A stretch of 63,975 nt of DNA, counting the filler, from Candidatus Woesearchaeota archaeon (GTDB lineage Archaea > Nanobdellota > Nanobdellia > Woesearchaeales > BM511): assembly GCA_023266675.1 (NCBI GenBank). It is 5 parts of 5 records of this genome, joined end to end, with 100 filler letters (N's around TTAATTAATTAA, not from the genome) between each part and the next. Parts side by side here need not be neighbours in the genome. Positions count along the whole stretch, not along the records: positions 1 to 30,852 come from JAHFPP010000007.1; 4 more parts are not named here. One strand, given 5' to 3'. The notes under the pieces are model-generated. The model saw nothing but the letters and a program-made list of their open reading frames with translations, was not told the DNA's origin and did not search any database. Position 1 is the stretch's first letter. Every line of letters begins with the position of its first letter. A program made the position numbers and the translations under genes. Shown in pieces: positions 1 through 10,031 of the stretch.

Positions 1-8
1 TATCATTT

Positions 9-506
9 ATGCCATCATGCAAAACAAATGAAATTGGCAGAACAACAATATCAATGAATAATCAGGAGATATATTCTGGAATTCCTGACTGCAAAATGCC
101 TGTAAAAGTGGATATTGGTCCTGGAAAAATTCTTGAAGGCGAAAATAAACTTACATTCTCTGCAAGTGCTGGAAATTATATTGTAGACCAGGCAAAAATA
201 ATATCATACCTTAAAGATTCAGTTTATCCAACGTATTATTTTGAAGCTGACGAGAAAACAATGAATGGTATTAGAAACAATAACATGACTGTTAACATGA
301 CAATAACATTTGTTCCGTCACAGGATTTCCAGGATGTTGAAGTTGAAATCAACGGAAGAAAATTCTCAGTAGACAACAAAAAAAGGCTGTATAACCAAGT
401 AATAAATTCCTATGTGATAGAGGAAAATAACGCTATAAGCATAAGACCGCTTGACGGAACAGTCGACATAGTTGAACTGAAGATAGTAAGATACGAAACA
501 GATTAA
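9..506 (+). CDS. Hypothetical beta-rich protein, probably the 3' end of a larger secreted protein starting before the window
   Basis: Open frame from the window edge, beta-strand-like composition, same strand as the downstream lipoprotein cluster. Confidence 0.6.
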   Translation: MPSCKTNEIGRTTISMNNQEIYSGIPDCKMPVKVDIGPGKILEGENKLTFSASAGNYIVDQAKIISYLKDSVYPTYYFEADEKTMNGIRNNNMTVNMTITFVPSQDFQDVEVEINGRKFSVDNKKRLYNQVINSYVIEENNAISIRPLDGTVDIVELKIVRYETD

Positions 507-522
507 TCTAATTCTTTTTTAA

Positions 523-2052
523 TTAAAAAGTAATCGTTCCACTTGACGTGAATTTATAGACGCGATTCTTAAAACCGACCCCTGTGGCAAATGGAGAATC
601 TGCATTCCAAGAAGGTGTACCAACAGCAGTTAATATTGAAGAACTAGATGATGTATCGATAAATGCGCTGCCTGAAACAGTATTAAGTAAAAGTGAAGTT
701 CCAGAAATAGCAGTTAATGGAGCTGTACTCGGTGTAAAGTTTCCAGTATAAACAGCAGTTCCTTTAACAACACGTAAATTAGAAATGTACCCAACACCTG
801 ACAAGCCATTATTATATTGCTCTCCAACATAAGCAGATTGCCCAGATGGTGCATCATTCCCGCTATATGATATAGGTGTACCAAATACACCGTCTAATGC
901 AATGTTAACGCTTGAACCAGTGAACACCATAGCTACATGATGCCATGCATTTAATTTTCCAGTATAATCAACGGATGTGTGTTCGTATTTGTAAGTAGAA
1001 CCATCATAGAGTCTGCCTATTATGTTATATCCATTAGCAATTCCAAGTTCTACAAAATGATTTCCTCCTGCGTGAGTTCCAATTTGAAAAAGATTTATTA
1101 TCGTAGCTACAGATGTTAAATTTACCCAGCATTCTATAGTGAATGCCCCGCTACCAAAATCAAACCCTGATTTATTAGGAATTGTAAAATAATCAGGAGT
1201 GTTATTAAAAAAAATACTTCCAGAACCAGATGTTGTAATCGTCGGCGAACCAGTTGTCGACACTGCAGCTGCAAAACTATCAGGATAACTGATTATTACT
1301 ATGCCAGAACCTCCGTTCTTCCCATTAGCGCCAGAATTAGCTCCGCCTCCACCTCCAGTATTAGCTGTTCCGGCTGTAGCTCCGCTACCATCAGAGTCAC
1401 CTGTGCCGCCGCCGCCAACTCCACCTACTCCGTTTGGTTTAGCAGCATGCGTATGTCCTCCACCACCACCAGCATATGTTGTTACTGTTCCAGTTATACA
1501 TGAAGCTATTCCTGCACCGCCATTCCCGCCACCATTTGCCTCTGGTGGAACTAAACCAACAGTTCCTGCCCCACCACCACCACCTGAACAATATGGACTT
1601 GCAGCAGATACTTGCCCAGCACCACCGTGGTTCCCCTGCCCAACTATCCCATTACCTCCTGGATTTGAATTATTAGATGCACCATAAGCTCCACCACCTC
1701 CAGACCCTCCATTATAATTATCATATAAAGTTATTGTGCCACCTTCCATCCCCTGACCGCCGCCTATTGCAGTAATAGACCCAAAAACAGAATTACTACC
1801 TCTCGCCGGAGGATTTGTGTCTGCACCACCCGCGCCGATTGTGATTGTATAAGATGTTCCTGAAACTACAGAAAGAATGCCTGACAATAGTCCTCCTGCG
1901 CCTCCGCCACCGCCGCCTCCCATAACTCCGGAGCCTGGACCTCCTCCTGCAACAACTAAATATTCAACCCAATCTGTTTTAAGAGAACCACTCCAAGTTT
2001 TATTTGCAAGCATTGAAAGCTGTTGCGACATTGAGTACATTCCGCTAACCAT
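523..2052 (-). CDS. Glycine-rich domain protein with an inserted LamG/ConA-like lectin domain (phage tail-fibre-like)
   Basis: VEYLVVAGGG...GGGGAGG...ANTGGGGG...GGSGIVII glycine-rich pattern. FTIECWV, WHHVA and GYISNLRVVKG are LamG-3 motifs. Start placed at ATG 2052, overlapping the upstream stop (TAATG). Confidence 0.8.
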   Translation of the reverse strand: MVSGMYSMSQQLSMLANKTWSGSLKTDWVEYLVVAGGGPGSGVMGGGGGGGAGGLLSGILSVVSGTSYTITIGAGGADTNPPARGSNSVFGSITAIGGGQGMEGGTITLYDNYNGGSGGGGAYGASNNSNPGGNGIVGQGNHGGAGQVSAASPYCSGGGGGAGTVGLVPPEANGGGNGGAGIASCITGTVTTYAGGGGGHTHAAKPNGVGGVGGGGTGDSDGSGATAGTANTGGGGGANSGANGKNGGSGIVIISYPDSFAAAVSTTGSPTITTSGSGSIFFNNTPDYFTIPNKSGFDFGSGAFTIECWVNLTSVATIINLFQIGTHAGGNHFVELGIANGYNIIGRLYDGSTYKYEHTSVDYTGKLNAWHHVAMVFTGSSVNIALDGVFGTPISYSGNDAPSGQSAYVGEQYNNGLSGVGYISNLRVVKGTAVYTGNFTPSTAPLTAISGTSLLLNTVSGSAFIDTSSSSSILTAVGTPSWNADSPFATGVGFKNRVYKFTSSGTITF

Positions 2053-2897
2053 TAGAAAGTCACCGTCCCGGATGATGTCCATGTATAAATTCTCCATGGA
2101 CCAACAATACTCATGATTGGAGAACCTGTCGTTGATACAGCTTGCGCATAAATTGAAAGATAACGAATGATGACTATGCCAGAGCCTCCTGCTCCACCAT
2201 TTGCTGAATTACCAGCTCCTCCGCCTCCACCACCTGTATTCGCTGTTCCAGCTACTCCTGGTAAATTAAGAAGTCCACCTGCTCCGCCACCACCTGCACC
2301 TCCCATTCCTGATCCTGTAGTAACTTGTGATCCTCCACCACCTCCACCAGCATAAAATACACGTGAACATGTGATAGTTGAAACTTGTCCTGTTCCAGCA
2401 TTACTGCCTGTATCAGCAATAGTGGATTGTGTTCCTATAGAACCAGCCCCACCACCTCCACCGCCAGATGTTCCGCTGCTAGCTTTTCCAGCAACTCCGT
2501 CAAATCCTTGTCCAGATGTTCCAGTTCCTACTGCAACTCCTGCCCATGGTCCACCACCAGAGCCGCCATTTCCGCCTGTTTGCGTTCCGCCTGCATGACC
2601 AGTCCCACCAAATCCTCCGCCTATAGCTGTAATATTTCCAAAAACAGAATTATTACCAATAACTCCTTCGTTTGATGTGCCTGCTGCTCCACCCGCACCA
2701 ATTGTGATTGTAATAGATGATCCAGAAGAAACAACAAATCCTACAGCAGTAAGCAACCCTCCAGCACCACCTCCACCGCCAGATGTACCACCGCCACCTC
2801 CACCAGCAGCAACAACTAAGTATTCAACGGTTGGAGTAACTGGCAAATTTAAGGATGAAGTTGTTATTCCCCCAAGGTATTTATTCTTTATGCTCAC
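2052..2897 (-). CDS. Glycine-rich domain protein, paralog of the downstream gene
   Basis: Same VEYLVVA-GGG / GGSGIVIIRY / YTWTSSGTVTF architecture. Confidence 0.8.
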   Translation of the reverse strand: MSIKNKYLGGITTSSLNLPVTPTVEYLVVAAGGGGGGTSGGGGGAGGLLTAVGFVVSSGSSITITIGAGGAAGTSNEGVIGNNSVFGNITAIGGGFGGTGHAGGTQTGGNGGSGGGPWAGVAVGTGTSGQGFDGVAGKASSGTSGGGGGGAGSIGTQSTIADTGSNAGTGQVSTITCSRVFYAGGGGGGSQVTTGSGMGGAGGGGAGGLLNLPGVAGTANTGGGGGGAGNSANGGAGGSGIVIIRYLSIYAQAVSTTGSPIMSIVGPWRIYTWTSSGTVTF

Positions 2898-3277
2898 GAT
2901 ATTGCCTCATAGCTAACAGTGAACGTTAATTTACTTGCAGTGCTGCTTGTAACCCAGATTGTGCTTGCCTCCCCAGAAACGCTTGTGTCAAGCAAATAAA
3001 AACTTACAGATTTATCCATGATAGTCAATGAAGAATTTGCAGGTATAGAAATCGTTGATGCTATTGCGCGATACGTTGAGCCATCAGCTAACCTTAATTC
3101 GACAGTTGCGTTGTAAGGGTTTGTTCCGTCTATGTTTGAAACTGATATCATATTAATTTTATACGCTGTTCCTGACGACGGCGCAGCAACAAGCGCATTA
3201 CGTGAGGTATCAGAAGGTGTAATTATCGTCGTGTGTGGAATAATAGAAGTTATACTAATCATATTTGGCGCTGCCAA
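2894..3277 (-). CDS. Phage-like small beta-sandwich protein (MAAPN... family)
   Basis: TTG start after a GGTGA Shine-Dalgarno site. YKINMISVSNIDG and SYEAIS resemble tail-associated genes of aquatic tailed phages (recognised from memory). ATGA-type overlap with the next gene. Confidence 0.65.
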   Translation of the reverse strand: MAAPNMISITSIIPHTTIITPSDTSRNALVAAPSSGTAYKINMISVSNIDGTNPYNATVELRLADGSTYRAIASTISIPANSSLTIMDKSVSFYLLDTSVSGEASTIWVTSSTASKLTFTVSYEAIS

Positions 3278-3279
3278 TT

Positions 3280-3588
3280 TTAATCACCAAAAACCATTGA
3301 TATGACAACTGCTTTGCCCACAGTTGCTACACGCAAGTTGTTTTCAGTAATGTTTCCTGTAACGCTAAGTGTTCCTGCAATAGAAGTATTGCCTGTATTT
3401 GCAGCTATTGTAAATTTATTAGAATTAATTGCAACGTCCCCACTAGTGGTTAGTGTAGATAATCTTCTTTCAGCACCGACTAAACTAACATTGCTAAGAA
3501 TAGCTGCTGCTCCTCCGACGCCAATAGCAAAAAGCCCTTTCTTGATAAATTCCCGTTTCTCTATATCTTGTATCTCTTTCTTATCCAA
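3280..3588 (-). CDS. Small protein with a Tat-like signal peptide and phage-fibre-like C-terminus
   Basis: EKREFIKK plus hydrophobic stretch plus VGA, then SGDVAINSNKFTIAANTGNTSIAGTL and ATVGKAVVISMVFG. TTG start after GGTGAG. Confidence 0.65.
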   Translation of the reverse strand: MDKKEIQDIEKREFIKKGLFAIGVGGAAAILSNVSLVGAERRLSTLTTSGDVAINSNKFTIAANTGNTSIAGTLSVTGNITENNLRVATVGKAVVISMVFGD

Positions 3589-3706
3589 CTACTCACCCAC
3601 AAAGCAGTTCTAACAATATTCATATTTAAAACTTTGCAATAATGCACTCGTATAAATGGTAATTCTTAAATAGGACTTATGTCAGTTAAAGGTAATATAA
3701 GAAAAA

Positions 3707-5512
3707 ATGGTTAATACTCCTCAATCACCTAACTCTGGAATGACTTTTGGAATTGATACGATAAATAATAGTATAAATTCTGGGAAAAAAGTTATTTCAA
3801 ATAACTGGACCTTATTAGCAATAGTATTTTTTTTTCATATACTTAATGTTGGAATAAATCTTACTTTTATTGGAATACCTATTAATTTTCCAGGAATGCA
3901 CTGGTTTAATGGACTTAATATTACTTATTTATGGAAAACACCGCAACTTGCTGGAAGTGTTCTGTACACTAACACCATATTAAACACGACGTTTTGGGTG
4001 TTAATCATAGTTATATTTGTTTTTGGAAGAGGAAAAAGCTGGGAAGAATTTGGCTCTAAAGTTCTTATGGTTGTTGCTTTTGTAGCTGTTTCTATTTTTT
4101 CCGGAATTTATAATATTGGAGATATTGCTTCGTTAAATGTTCTTGGAACTGTGATTGAAATAATCCTGATAATTGTAATTAGAAACGTTATTTTTAAGCA
4201 GCAATATAATATTGTAGAAGCAAATTATTATACCATATTAATCATATTTCTTGACTTTTATTTGATAAATATTGTTCAGTTAATGTTTCCTGCACAAATC
4301 GACGTGATAAACAGGGTTATTCTTCCTGTTCTTGTTTTGACAGTTATAGTTTATATGGAAAGCTCAACTTTAAAAAGTTGGTTTATTTTTGGTATCTTAT
4401 TTTTTTATCTTATTTTTTTTATGACAAGCTCTCCAAGCATTAAAGCAAATTTTAATGCCGGCTTCAAGGGTGCAGAAAAAGATGCAACACCATTGCAAAC
4501 TTTTTCTGAAAAAGTAAAAATTTGGTGGGCTGGAACTCTGCAATCATATAACGAATCAAAACAGATGCTCTCAGGAGATTATTATACAGGTCAGGTTGAG
4601 CAGAATCAGGTAAAGCCTCTCGGCGTCTTCCTTGAAGATATGAAAGGTGACACTGAATTTTTACAGAATGAAAAAATTGAAATCTGGAGCAAACTAAAAG
4701 TCCAGTCTTTGCAAAATGATAACTCTCCAGAAACAGATCCAATAAATATTAATGTGAGCTGCTTTATAAAAAATGGAACAGGAGTTATAAATGGGATTAT
4801 TTCACCAAAATCAGAATTTAAAGTAAATTCATATGAAGAGGAATTTTTAACTTGCTCATTTAATAATATAAATTTATCTCCTGGTTATTATCCTGTGACA
4901 TTTAACGCATCATTTAACTTTGAAACCCAAAGCTATCTAAAAACATATTATATTGATAAGGACAAAAAACGAACGCTTATGGCAAACAATGTAAATATTC
5001 TAAGCAGTTATGGAATAAGTGACACGAGTCCTGTTGCTGTATACACAAATGGGCCAATAAAGATAGGTATGGAAACAACCCCTCCTCCAATTGGAGTTCC
5101 TTCAATTAATCCTGAAGCTGATTTTAGCTCGTATATAGGAATAACAATTGACAAAAATTGGGGTGAGGGAAGCCTTAAAAGCATTAAAGAATTATGGATT
5201 GAACTCCCTGAAGGATTAAGTTTTAATGACTGTCCCAGTTTTGAAAACCTTCCACAAGATAAGTGGGATACAAAAAATGGCGATAAAAGCTATGTTATGA
5301 TTTCAAAATACCAATTAAATAACAGCAAGATATCAACTGATAATAAAAAAGGATTTACTCTACCTAAATCATATAAATGCTCGCTAAAACTTAAAAGTAG
5401 AAATGACCTGCTTGGGCAAACGCCTATAGCAATAAAATATTTTAAGACAAGAATTAGCTATGATTATATGATTACAAAAACAACAAATATAAACATAAGG
5501 AGTATAAACTAA
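3707..5512 (+). CDS. Multi-pass membrane protein with a large extracellular domain related to the three downstream lipoproteins
   Basis: About 7 hydrophobic segments in the N-terminal 240 aa. C-terminal domain has FNFET, NGPIKI and ISYDY motifs. Confidence 0.8.
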   Translation: MVNTPQSPNSGMTFGIDTINNSINSGKKVISNNWTLLAIVFFFHILNVGINLTFIGIPINFPGMHWFNGLNITYLWKTPQLAGSVLYTNTILNTTFWVLIIVIFVFGRGKSWEEFGSKVLMVVAFVAVSIFSGIYNIGDIASLNVLGTVIEIILIIVIRNVIFKQQYNIVEANYYTILIIFLDFYLINIVQLMFPAQIDVINRVILPVLVLTVIVYMESSTLKSWFIFGILFFYLIFFMTSSPSIKANFNAGFKGAEKDATPLQTFSEKVKIWWAGTLQSYNESKQMLSGDYYTGQVEQNQVKPLGVFLEDMKGDTEFLQNEKIEIWSKLKVQSLQNDNSPETDPININVSCFIKNGTGVINGIISPKSEFKVNSYEEEFLTCSFNNINLSPGYYPVTFNASFNFETQSYLKTYYIDKDKKRTLMANNVNILSSYGISDTSPVAVYTNGPIKIGMETTPPPIGVPSINPEADFSSYIGITIDKNWGEGSLKSIKELWIELPEGLSFNDCPSFENLPQDKWDTKNGDKSYVMISKYQLNNSKISTDNKKGFTLPKSYKCSLKLKSRNDLLGQTPIAIKYFKTRISYDYMITKTTNINIRSIN

Positions 5513-5520
5513 TAATAAAA

Positions 5521-6504
5521 ATGACAAATAACAAAACAAAAGGATTTATGTTTATTATTACCATAGTTTTATCTTTGTACTTATCCGGATGCAGTCTTGC
5601 AAATTTTTCCGCCTCAGGAAAAGAAACCCCTATAACAAATGTTAATGTTTATCAGGGCACTGAAGGGCTTGAGATTGAATTCCTGACAAATTCTCCTCCT
5701 GAAAAAGTATATGAAGGAGAAAATTTCGTGGTATCAACTCTTCTTAACAATAAAGGAGCGTATCCAATTACCAGTGGAAAAGTTGTATTGACGCATGAAC
5801 CTGATTATTTTGATGTACCGACAACTTCATCAACATTCAACCTGCTTGGAAAAACAATGTATGACCCTTCAGAGCATAATATACAGAAAAGTTTCAATTT
5901 AAATACAAAAAAGCTTGAACCAAAATCAACTGGTCACGACAGCATAGTTTTAGTTACTGCATGCTATGATTATGGAACAAAATTAAATACAGAAGTGTGT
6001 ATTGATACGGATCCTCAAAACATAAAAGCCATAGAAAAATCATGCAATACAGAAGATTTGTCTTTTAGCGGACAGGGAGCGCCAATTGCCATAACAAAAA
6101 TAGAAACAAAAATGATTATAGGTGAAGGAGGAAAAGTTAGACCTAATTTCTGGATATATGTTCAAAATCATGGAGATGGGCAGGTTATATCAAAAAGCAG
6201 CATTGATAAAGCGTGCGGCTCTGCGAGTATTGATAAAAATGAGTTAAACGGAGTAGTTTTAAAAGATTTAAAATTTTCACAATACACTTTAGCTGATATG
6301 GACTGTAGGCCGAAACCGGAAACATCATTAAATCCTGTTTTAAAGCTTACAGATAACGAACAGTATTTCATATGCACATTAAGAGATGACGTTTCAATAC
6401 CTGCTGATACCTCAACTTTTAAAACCGGTCTTTATATTGAACTTGAATATGGATACACACTAACAAAATCAAAAGAGTTCACCATAAAAAAATATAATAC
6501 CTAA
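5521..6504 (+). CDS. Uncharacterised lipoprotein, paralog 1
   Basis: Lipobox LSGC; GTEGL, TACYDY, VCID, GQGAP, LEYGY motifs. Confidence 0.8.
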   Translation: MTNNKTKGFMFIITIVLSLYLSGCSLANFSASGKETPITNVNVYQGTEGLEIEFLTNSPPEKVYEGENFVVSTLLNNKGAYPITSGKVVLTHEPDYFDVPTTSSTFNLLGKTMYDPSEHNIQKSFNLNTKKLEPKSTGHDSIVLVTACYDYGTKLNTEVCIDTDPQNIKAIEKSCNTEDLSFSGQGAPIAITKIETKMIIGEGGKVRPNFWIYVQNHGDGQVISKSSIDKACGSASIDKNELNGVVLKDLKFSQYTLADMDCRPKPETSLNPVLKLTDNEQYFICTLRDDVSIPADTSTFKTGLYIELEYGYTLTKSKEFTIKKYNT

Positions 6505-6592
6505 GTTAATATGCTTAATCAGATAGATTAACCACTTTATAATGTATAAATTTAAGAAAGATATAAATACGAGTATTCTTAGTAAAATCAAT

Positions 6593-7513
6593 ATGTTAAA
6601 AAAACAATTGTTAATTATGATTCTGTCTGTTCTTATGGTTTTCGCATCTGGATGCCAAACTGATATGTATAATCCTCAAAAAACAACTCAGATAACAAAT
6701 TATCATACAGGAACTGAAGGACTTTCACTTAAATTTTTACAAGATACCCCTCCTGCTAGAATATACTCAAACACTCCAATGGATATAATGGTGGAAATAA
6801 CAAATAAAGGCGCTTACAGTGTTGCCGGAGGAAAACTGTATCTCTCAGGATTTGACACTCAGTATATAAGACCTTACCCTGAAATGCAGCCAAATATTGA
6901 AGCTGAGGGAAAATCAGTTTTTAATCCTTACGGAACAGTAACCCAAACAGAAAGTTTCAATGTAAATCAGGTTTTGCTTCCATATAATGTTGATAAGGTG
7001 ACCCAAACAATAAAAGCAACTGCATGCTACGAGTATATGACTGAAGCATCAATTGAAGTTTGCATTGACCCAAAAACAACTACAACTTTAAGAGAAAGGA
7101 CATGCATTCCTCAAAGTTCATATTCAGCTGGCGGCGGGCAAGGAGCACCTGTTGCCATAACAAGTGTTGAACAAGAGACATATCAAAATAAACTGCAATT
7201 CAGAATATATATAAGCAATGTCGGAGGAGGGACAGTTTTCAAAAATACAGCTATAAATGACTGCCATACATCCCTTAATAGGATGGATGCGAATAAGGTT
7301 GATGTTGTAAGCGTTGAATATTCAGGTAGAACAATGAACTGTAAACCGTTAAACCCTGTAACTCTTGACGAAAGCGGAAGAGGATTTGTTTATTGCGAAG
7401 GATATCTCTCTCCAGACCAAAAAGACACCTACAAAACAATACTTCAGGTAAAACTAAGATATGGATACAGAACGTCAGTCCAGACAAATGTGGATATAAT
7501 AAAATCACCTTAG
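6593..7513 (+). CDS. Uncharacterised lipoprotein, paralog 2
   Basis: Start refined to MLKKQ; lipobox ASGC; GTEGL, TACYEY, VCID, GQGAP, LRYGY motifs. Confidence 0.8.
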   Translation: MLKKQLLIMILSVLMVFASGCQTDMYNPQKTTQITNYHTGTEGLSLKFLQDTPPARIYSNTPMDIMVEITNKGAYSVAGGKLYLSGFDTQYIRPYPEMQPNIEAEGKSVFNPYGTVTQTESFNVNQVLLPYNVDKVTQTIKATACYEYMTEASIEVCIDPKTTTTLRERTCIPQSSYSAGGGQGAPVAITSVEQETYQNKLQFRIYISNVGGGTVFKNTAINDCHTSLNRMDANKVDVVSVEYSGRTMNCKPLNPVTLDESGRGFVYCEGYLSPDQKDTYKTILQVKLRYGYRTSVQTNVDIIKSP

Positions 7514-7614
7514 AGTGGTATTAATATCAAAAGATTTATATAAAAAAAGACTAAAAAAAGTTTAACAATTAATATTTATTAAGATATCAACAAAAATATA
7601 CGGAGGAAATAATT

Positions 7615-8553
7615 ATGAACAAAAAAATTATAATAATGATAAGCGTTATACTATCCATGTTTTTACTCTCTGGATGCAGTGGAGGAAACACTCAACAGGT
7701 AACAGTTGACAATCCATATCTTGGAGGCTCACAGGGGCTAATTGCCACATTTGAACCAATGGGCATAGCAGATAACGGCGGAACTGAAAGCATATACGAG
7801 AATGAAGAATTCCCAGTTGATATTACATTAAAGAATCAGGGAGAATTTAATGTTCCCGCTAATAGTGTAAAAACAAATTTAAAAGGAATAACCACAGCAG
7901 ATTATACTGGCTTGACTATGGATACAACAACAAATCCTGCAATTGAAAAGATTTCGACGTACAACCAGAAAGGCGGCGAAACAACAATAACACATAATAA
8001 AGGAAAGATAATTCCTGCAAGAATGGCTGGACGAAACATTATGACTGCAAACATATTTGCAAACGTCATATACCCTTATGAAACTTATGTCTCAGCTCCT
8101 AAAGTCTGCTTTAAAAGCACATCAGGAAAAGACACTGGAGTATGTGAAGTTGAAAATGCAGCTCTTCAGGTATTCTCATCAGGCGCGCCAATACGAGCAG
8201 TAAGTGCCAAGGAAACAAGAGCCGGAACAAATGTTGTAAGCGTTGAATTCACAATAGAGAATGCTGGCGGCGGAGAATCAAAGTCAAAAACAAAAACAGA
8301 ATTTGATTACAGGTACAATGACATAGATTTTGAAGTTGGAAGCAGCACCCCATCAGGTATATGGACATGCACAAATGCCGGTAAAGCCGGAATTGCAAGG
8401 TTTGGCGAAGACAACAAACTTACAATCATCTGCAAATCAATTCCGTCTGCAATACAGACAGGAAGCGTTTACCAGAGCCAGCTTGACCTTGTATTGAAGT
8501 ACGATTACAAAGTTGTAATCTCAAGAAACCTAATAATAAAAGGAAACCAATAA
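7615..8553 (+). CDS. Uncharacterised lipoprotein, paralog 3
   Basis: GGAGG Shine-Dalgarno; lipobox LSGC; GSQGL, YPYET, SSGAP, LKYDY motifs. Confidence 0.8.
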   Translation: MNKKIIIMISVILSMFLLSGCSGGNTQQVTVDNPYLGGSQGLIATFEPMGIADNGGTESIYENEEFPVDITLKNQGEFNVPANSVKTNLKGITTADYTGLTMDTTTNPAIEKISTYNQKGGETTITHNKGKIIPARMAGRNIMTANIFANVIYPYETYVSAPKVCFKSTSGKDTGVCEVENAALQVFSSGAPIRAVSAKETRAGTNVVSVEFTIENAGGGESKSKTKTEFDYRYNDIDFEVGSSTPSGIWTCTNAGKAGIARFGEDNKLTIICKSIPSAIQTGSVYQSQLDLVLKYDYKVVISRNLIIKGNQ

Positions 8554-8568
8554 ATTATTCTTTTTATT

Positions 8569-10005
8569 TTATTTTTTAATATTTTTATATGCATTCAATA
8601 TTTCTGTCTTGTCATAATTTTTGCTTATCATTTTCTGGATAATTTTTTCTTTTGTGTCCCCTTTTGATAATGCGCTTTTTATCAGATTATCAAGTTCTTC
8701 TGACTTATGAGCTTTAAAGGTTTTATTAGATGTTTCATCAGATTCATATTTATTTAAAAACTCAGATGCCTTAGGACTTATTACAGATCTTATTTTTTCT
8801 TCTACTTCTTTTAAAAATTCATCTTTTTCAGCTTTTTTATCAGAAATTTTATTTTTATATTCATCTATCTGTTTTTGAAACATGTTAATTGATATCTCAG
8901 AATTTAATTGTTCTCTAGTGTTTTTTTCAATTATTTCGTTTATCTTTGACTCATAATGCGAGATTAACTGAACTATTCTATTTTCGTACATCTCCTTTTC
9001 TTTTGTCTTTTGAGATGCTAATCTTAAAAACTTGTCTTTTAAATCCGAAAGTCCGGATTCCATAAAATTATTGCTGCTTTGCAGCTTTGATAATTTTCCT
9101 GACAGTGACTCAAGTGTCTTTTCATATGTTTTTTTTGAGACATAGTAATCTTCTTGTTTTAGCAGGATTTTTTCATTTAAAGCTTTAAGTTTTTTTTCTA
9201 AAACAAGATTCTCCTTAAGCACTGACTGTAACTTTTTTAGAATCTCTTCTCTTGAAAGTCTTATCAATTCTGATGGTAGACCTGTTTTTTTTAAATTTTC
9301 TATATTTTTGTTTTCATCATTTATCTGGCTTTGCAGAAACTGTATTTTTTTATCTTTTTCTAAAATTAAATTCTCGTATTTTGATATTAATTTTTTTACA
9401 TAAATCTGTGCTTTTTTATTTTTTTCATTATTTTCATTTAGCTTTTTTTTATAAGCAAGAGCAATATCATCAATTATCTCTTTTGTTTTTGATGAAACTT
9501 CACTGGATATTGTTTTTCTGCTTGAATTTTCAAGCTCCATTAATTTCCTGTTATAAGCTTCTTTTTGTTTTAAGATTTCTTTATGCAAAACGGAATTCTC
9601 ATTCTTTAGATTGAAAAAGTCTTTTTCCAAGGACTCGTTCCCTTTGAGTACTTTGTATATTTTATCATCATATCTTACCTGTTTTTTCAAATTCTTAATG
9701 TAATCATCTTTTTTTAGTATCAAAGTTTCATATCCAGTAACTACTTCTTTTATTGATGATTTTATATCATTTATTTCACTGTCTTTGCTAAAGATTATTT
9801 TATTGTAGTCAGCTGTTAACTTATCAATGACTTTTTTTGCCTTTAAGCTGGTATCCTGGTATTCCTGTTCTTTTTTTAGAAAGCTTTTTTCAAAATCAGA
9901 TTTTATTTTAACGAGATTATTTTGGAGTTTATCAATACTTGAAAGAAATTCTTCACCATCTTTTTCCTCTTTTTTTTCTCGTGTATCGATGCTTTGACCC
10001 ATCAT
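8569..10005 (-). CDS. Long coiled-coil protein of unknown function
   Basis: K/E-rich heptad pattern throughout, small helical C-terminal domain, no ATPase motifs. Confidence 0.75.
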   Translation of the reverse strand: MMGQSIDTREKKEEKDGEEFLSSIDKLQNNLVKIKSDFEKSFLKKEQEYQDTSLKAKKVIDKLTADYNKIIFSKDSEINDIKSSIKEVVTGYETLILKKDDYIKNLKKQVRYDDKIYKVLKGNESLEKDFFNLKNENSVLHKEILKQKEAYNRKLMELENSSRKTISSEVSSKTKEIIDDIALAYKKKLNENNEKNKKAQIYVKKLISKYENLILEKDKKIQFLQSQINDENKNIENLKKTGLPSELIRLSREEILKKLQSVLKENLVLEKKLKALNEKILLKQEDYYVSKKTYEKTLESLSGKLSKLQSSNNFMESGLSDLKDKFLRLASQKTKEKEMYENRIVQLISHYESKINEIIEKNTREQLNSEISINMFQKQIDEYKNKISDKKAEKDEFLKEVEEKIRSVISPKASEFLNKYESDETSNKTFKAHKSEELDNLIKSALSKGDTKEKIIQKMISKNYDKTEILNAYKNIKK

Positions 10006-10031
10006 GAACTTGTAAATTTATGAAATCTGAA

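Noticed and set aside
1301..2916. Proline-rich plus-strand ORFs
   Set aside because: Antisense shadows of the Gly-rich genes (GGN codons read as CCN-rich on the other strand)
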